A DNA stretch of 63,998 nt, counting the filler, from Octopus bimaculoides (lineage: Eukaryota): assembly GCF_001194135.2 (NCBI RefSeq). It is 5 parts of 5 records of this genome, joined end to end, with 100 filler letters (N's around TTAATTAATTAA, not from the genome) between each part and the next. Parts side by side here need not be neighbours in the genome. Positions count along the whole stretch, not along the records: positions 59,336 to 63,998 come from NC_069007.1; 4 more parts are not named here. One strand, written 5' to 3'. Shown piece by piece: positions 62,725 through 63,998 of this stretch. The translations under genes were made by a program, and so were the position numbers. The first letter of the stretch is position 1, and each line of letters opens with the position of its first letter. Under the pieces are notes generated by a model. The model worked only from the letters and a program-made list of their open reading frames with translations. It was not told where the DNA came from and did not search any database.

Positions 62725-62941
62725 CCTACGGAGAGAGTGAGGGGGAAAGAGAAAAAATTACAGGGAGAGTGAAGGAGAGAGAGAGAGAGAGGGAAAACTA
62801 GGGAGAGAGTGAGGAAGAGAGAGGGAGGGAGAGAAAATTATAGAGAGAGAGAGAATGCGAGAGAGGAAAGTAGTGAAATAGAGAAAGTGGTAAAGGTGCA
62901 AATGAGAAAAAATAGATACAGAGAAAGAACGAAAAAAGATA

Positions 62942-62993
<52 letters not shown>

Positions 62994-63060
62994 AAGAGAG
63001 AGAGAAAGAGAGAATATGATAGAGAGATAGAATATGAGAGAGGGAGGAACAGATCGTATG
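61470..63060 (+). repeat. ~1.6 kb purine-rich (GA) low-complexity tract
   Basis: Almost exclusively G/A on the plus strand, with local ~50-bp repeats gagaggcaaagaggaatagaggg. Confidence 0.9.
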
Positions 63061-63404
63061 TAGAAGATAGATGCAAGTATATTTAAAAGCAGAATAAGGC
63101 TTTGGTGTAAGGTATTTAATGAGATCAGATGAGTGCACGATTCCATTGTAAACATAGAGTAGTACTAGTAGTAGCGTGGTACTACAGCCGTGTATTTGTA
63201 TAGTATAGAGCCATAGTAGGGGAATGAAAGTGAGCGGGGTGGGGTGGGGGTATCTCTAATGTCTTGCTTTGTAGCTAGGCTTTCAGTGAAATACAGTCAT
63301 CAGCATTTTGGAGTTGTGATCAACGGGTTGAGTACTGTATGTGTGTGTGTGTATGTGTGTGTGTATAATGCATATATACAAGCCTGTACCCATGCATATA
63401 TATT

Positions 63405-63555
63405 ACATCGCCCCAGTACTTGACTGGTACTTATTTCATCAACCCCTGATAGGCAAAGTCGACCTCGGTGGCATTTGAACTCAGAACGTCAAGACGGACG
63501 AAACGCCATTAAACATTTTGTCCGGCGTGCTAACGATTCTGCAAGCTCGTCGTCT
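63405..63555 (-). mobile_element. SINE family C
   Basis: ccccagtact..actggtactt...gcaaagtcgacctcgg..g.atttgaactcagaacgt...cgtgctaacgattctgc.agctcg. Confidence 0.8.
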
Positions 63556-63998
63556 TTGTATTATACATATAATATGATACGATGAAAATTGTAATTCCTT
63601 ATATATAATAATCCCATATATACACACTATGTGTATGTGTATATTGTGCTATCTCTTCCGTATCAATACGTTTTGAGTTTCAGTTCTGCCAAAGTATATA
63701 TATTGATTACCTGATTATGCGAACACCCTTTAAAACCTGCAGTTATATGTGAGATATATATATATGTAAATATATATATATATATATTTGCAATCCTTTG
63801 AAACATATGTAGGAATAAAGTATGCAATTATAACATGCGTTTTCTCCATTCCTTAAATTCTTAAATATACTCAAATACCCAAAATTTCAAGGAGTTCCTG
63901 CCTTAAAAACAGGAACTAAACCACAGTTTTTTTGTGTTCTTTGCTACATTGGTTTCTATTAACCCATTTATTCTATCAGAAGAATTTTTATTCATTAA

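Overview
Eukaryotic, AT-rich, repeat-saturated DNA from a gappy draft scaffold (about 9 kb, ~14%, is N). The dense (TA)n/(TG)n/(AAT)n/(CAT)n microsatellites and the SINE/RTE repertoire point to a cephalopod (Octopus-like) genome; this is inference. No host gene can be identified; only a few weak orphan-exon candidates are present. Nearly all ORF-track entries are microsatellite or N-gap artefacts. Recognisable content: (i) an internally deleted mariner with TIRs and TA target sites; (ii) many fragments of RTE-clade LINEs, whose hairpin-rich 3' UTR is one of the commonest repeats here; (iii) at least three Penelope-like element (PLE) lineages, including a ~2.6 kb RT plus GIY-YIG copy with a candidate 15-bp TSD; (iv) three tRNA-headed SINE families; (v) Helitron Rep and hAT remnants; (vi) two MITEs and a diverged ~125-bp tandem array. 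The most notable signal is a PLE terminal module present in five copies. It couples a tRNA-derived Pol III-type head, an (AAT)n spacer and a minimal hammerhead ribozyme, with no oligo-T terminator in between. Two further, unrelated hammerhead-like motifs occur elsewhere, one with a CCGA core variant. Repeat boundaries were read by eye and are approximate (about +/-20 nt unless stated).
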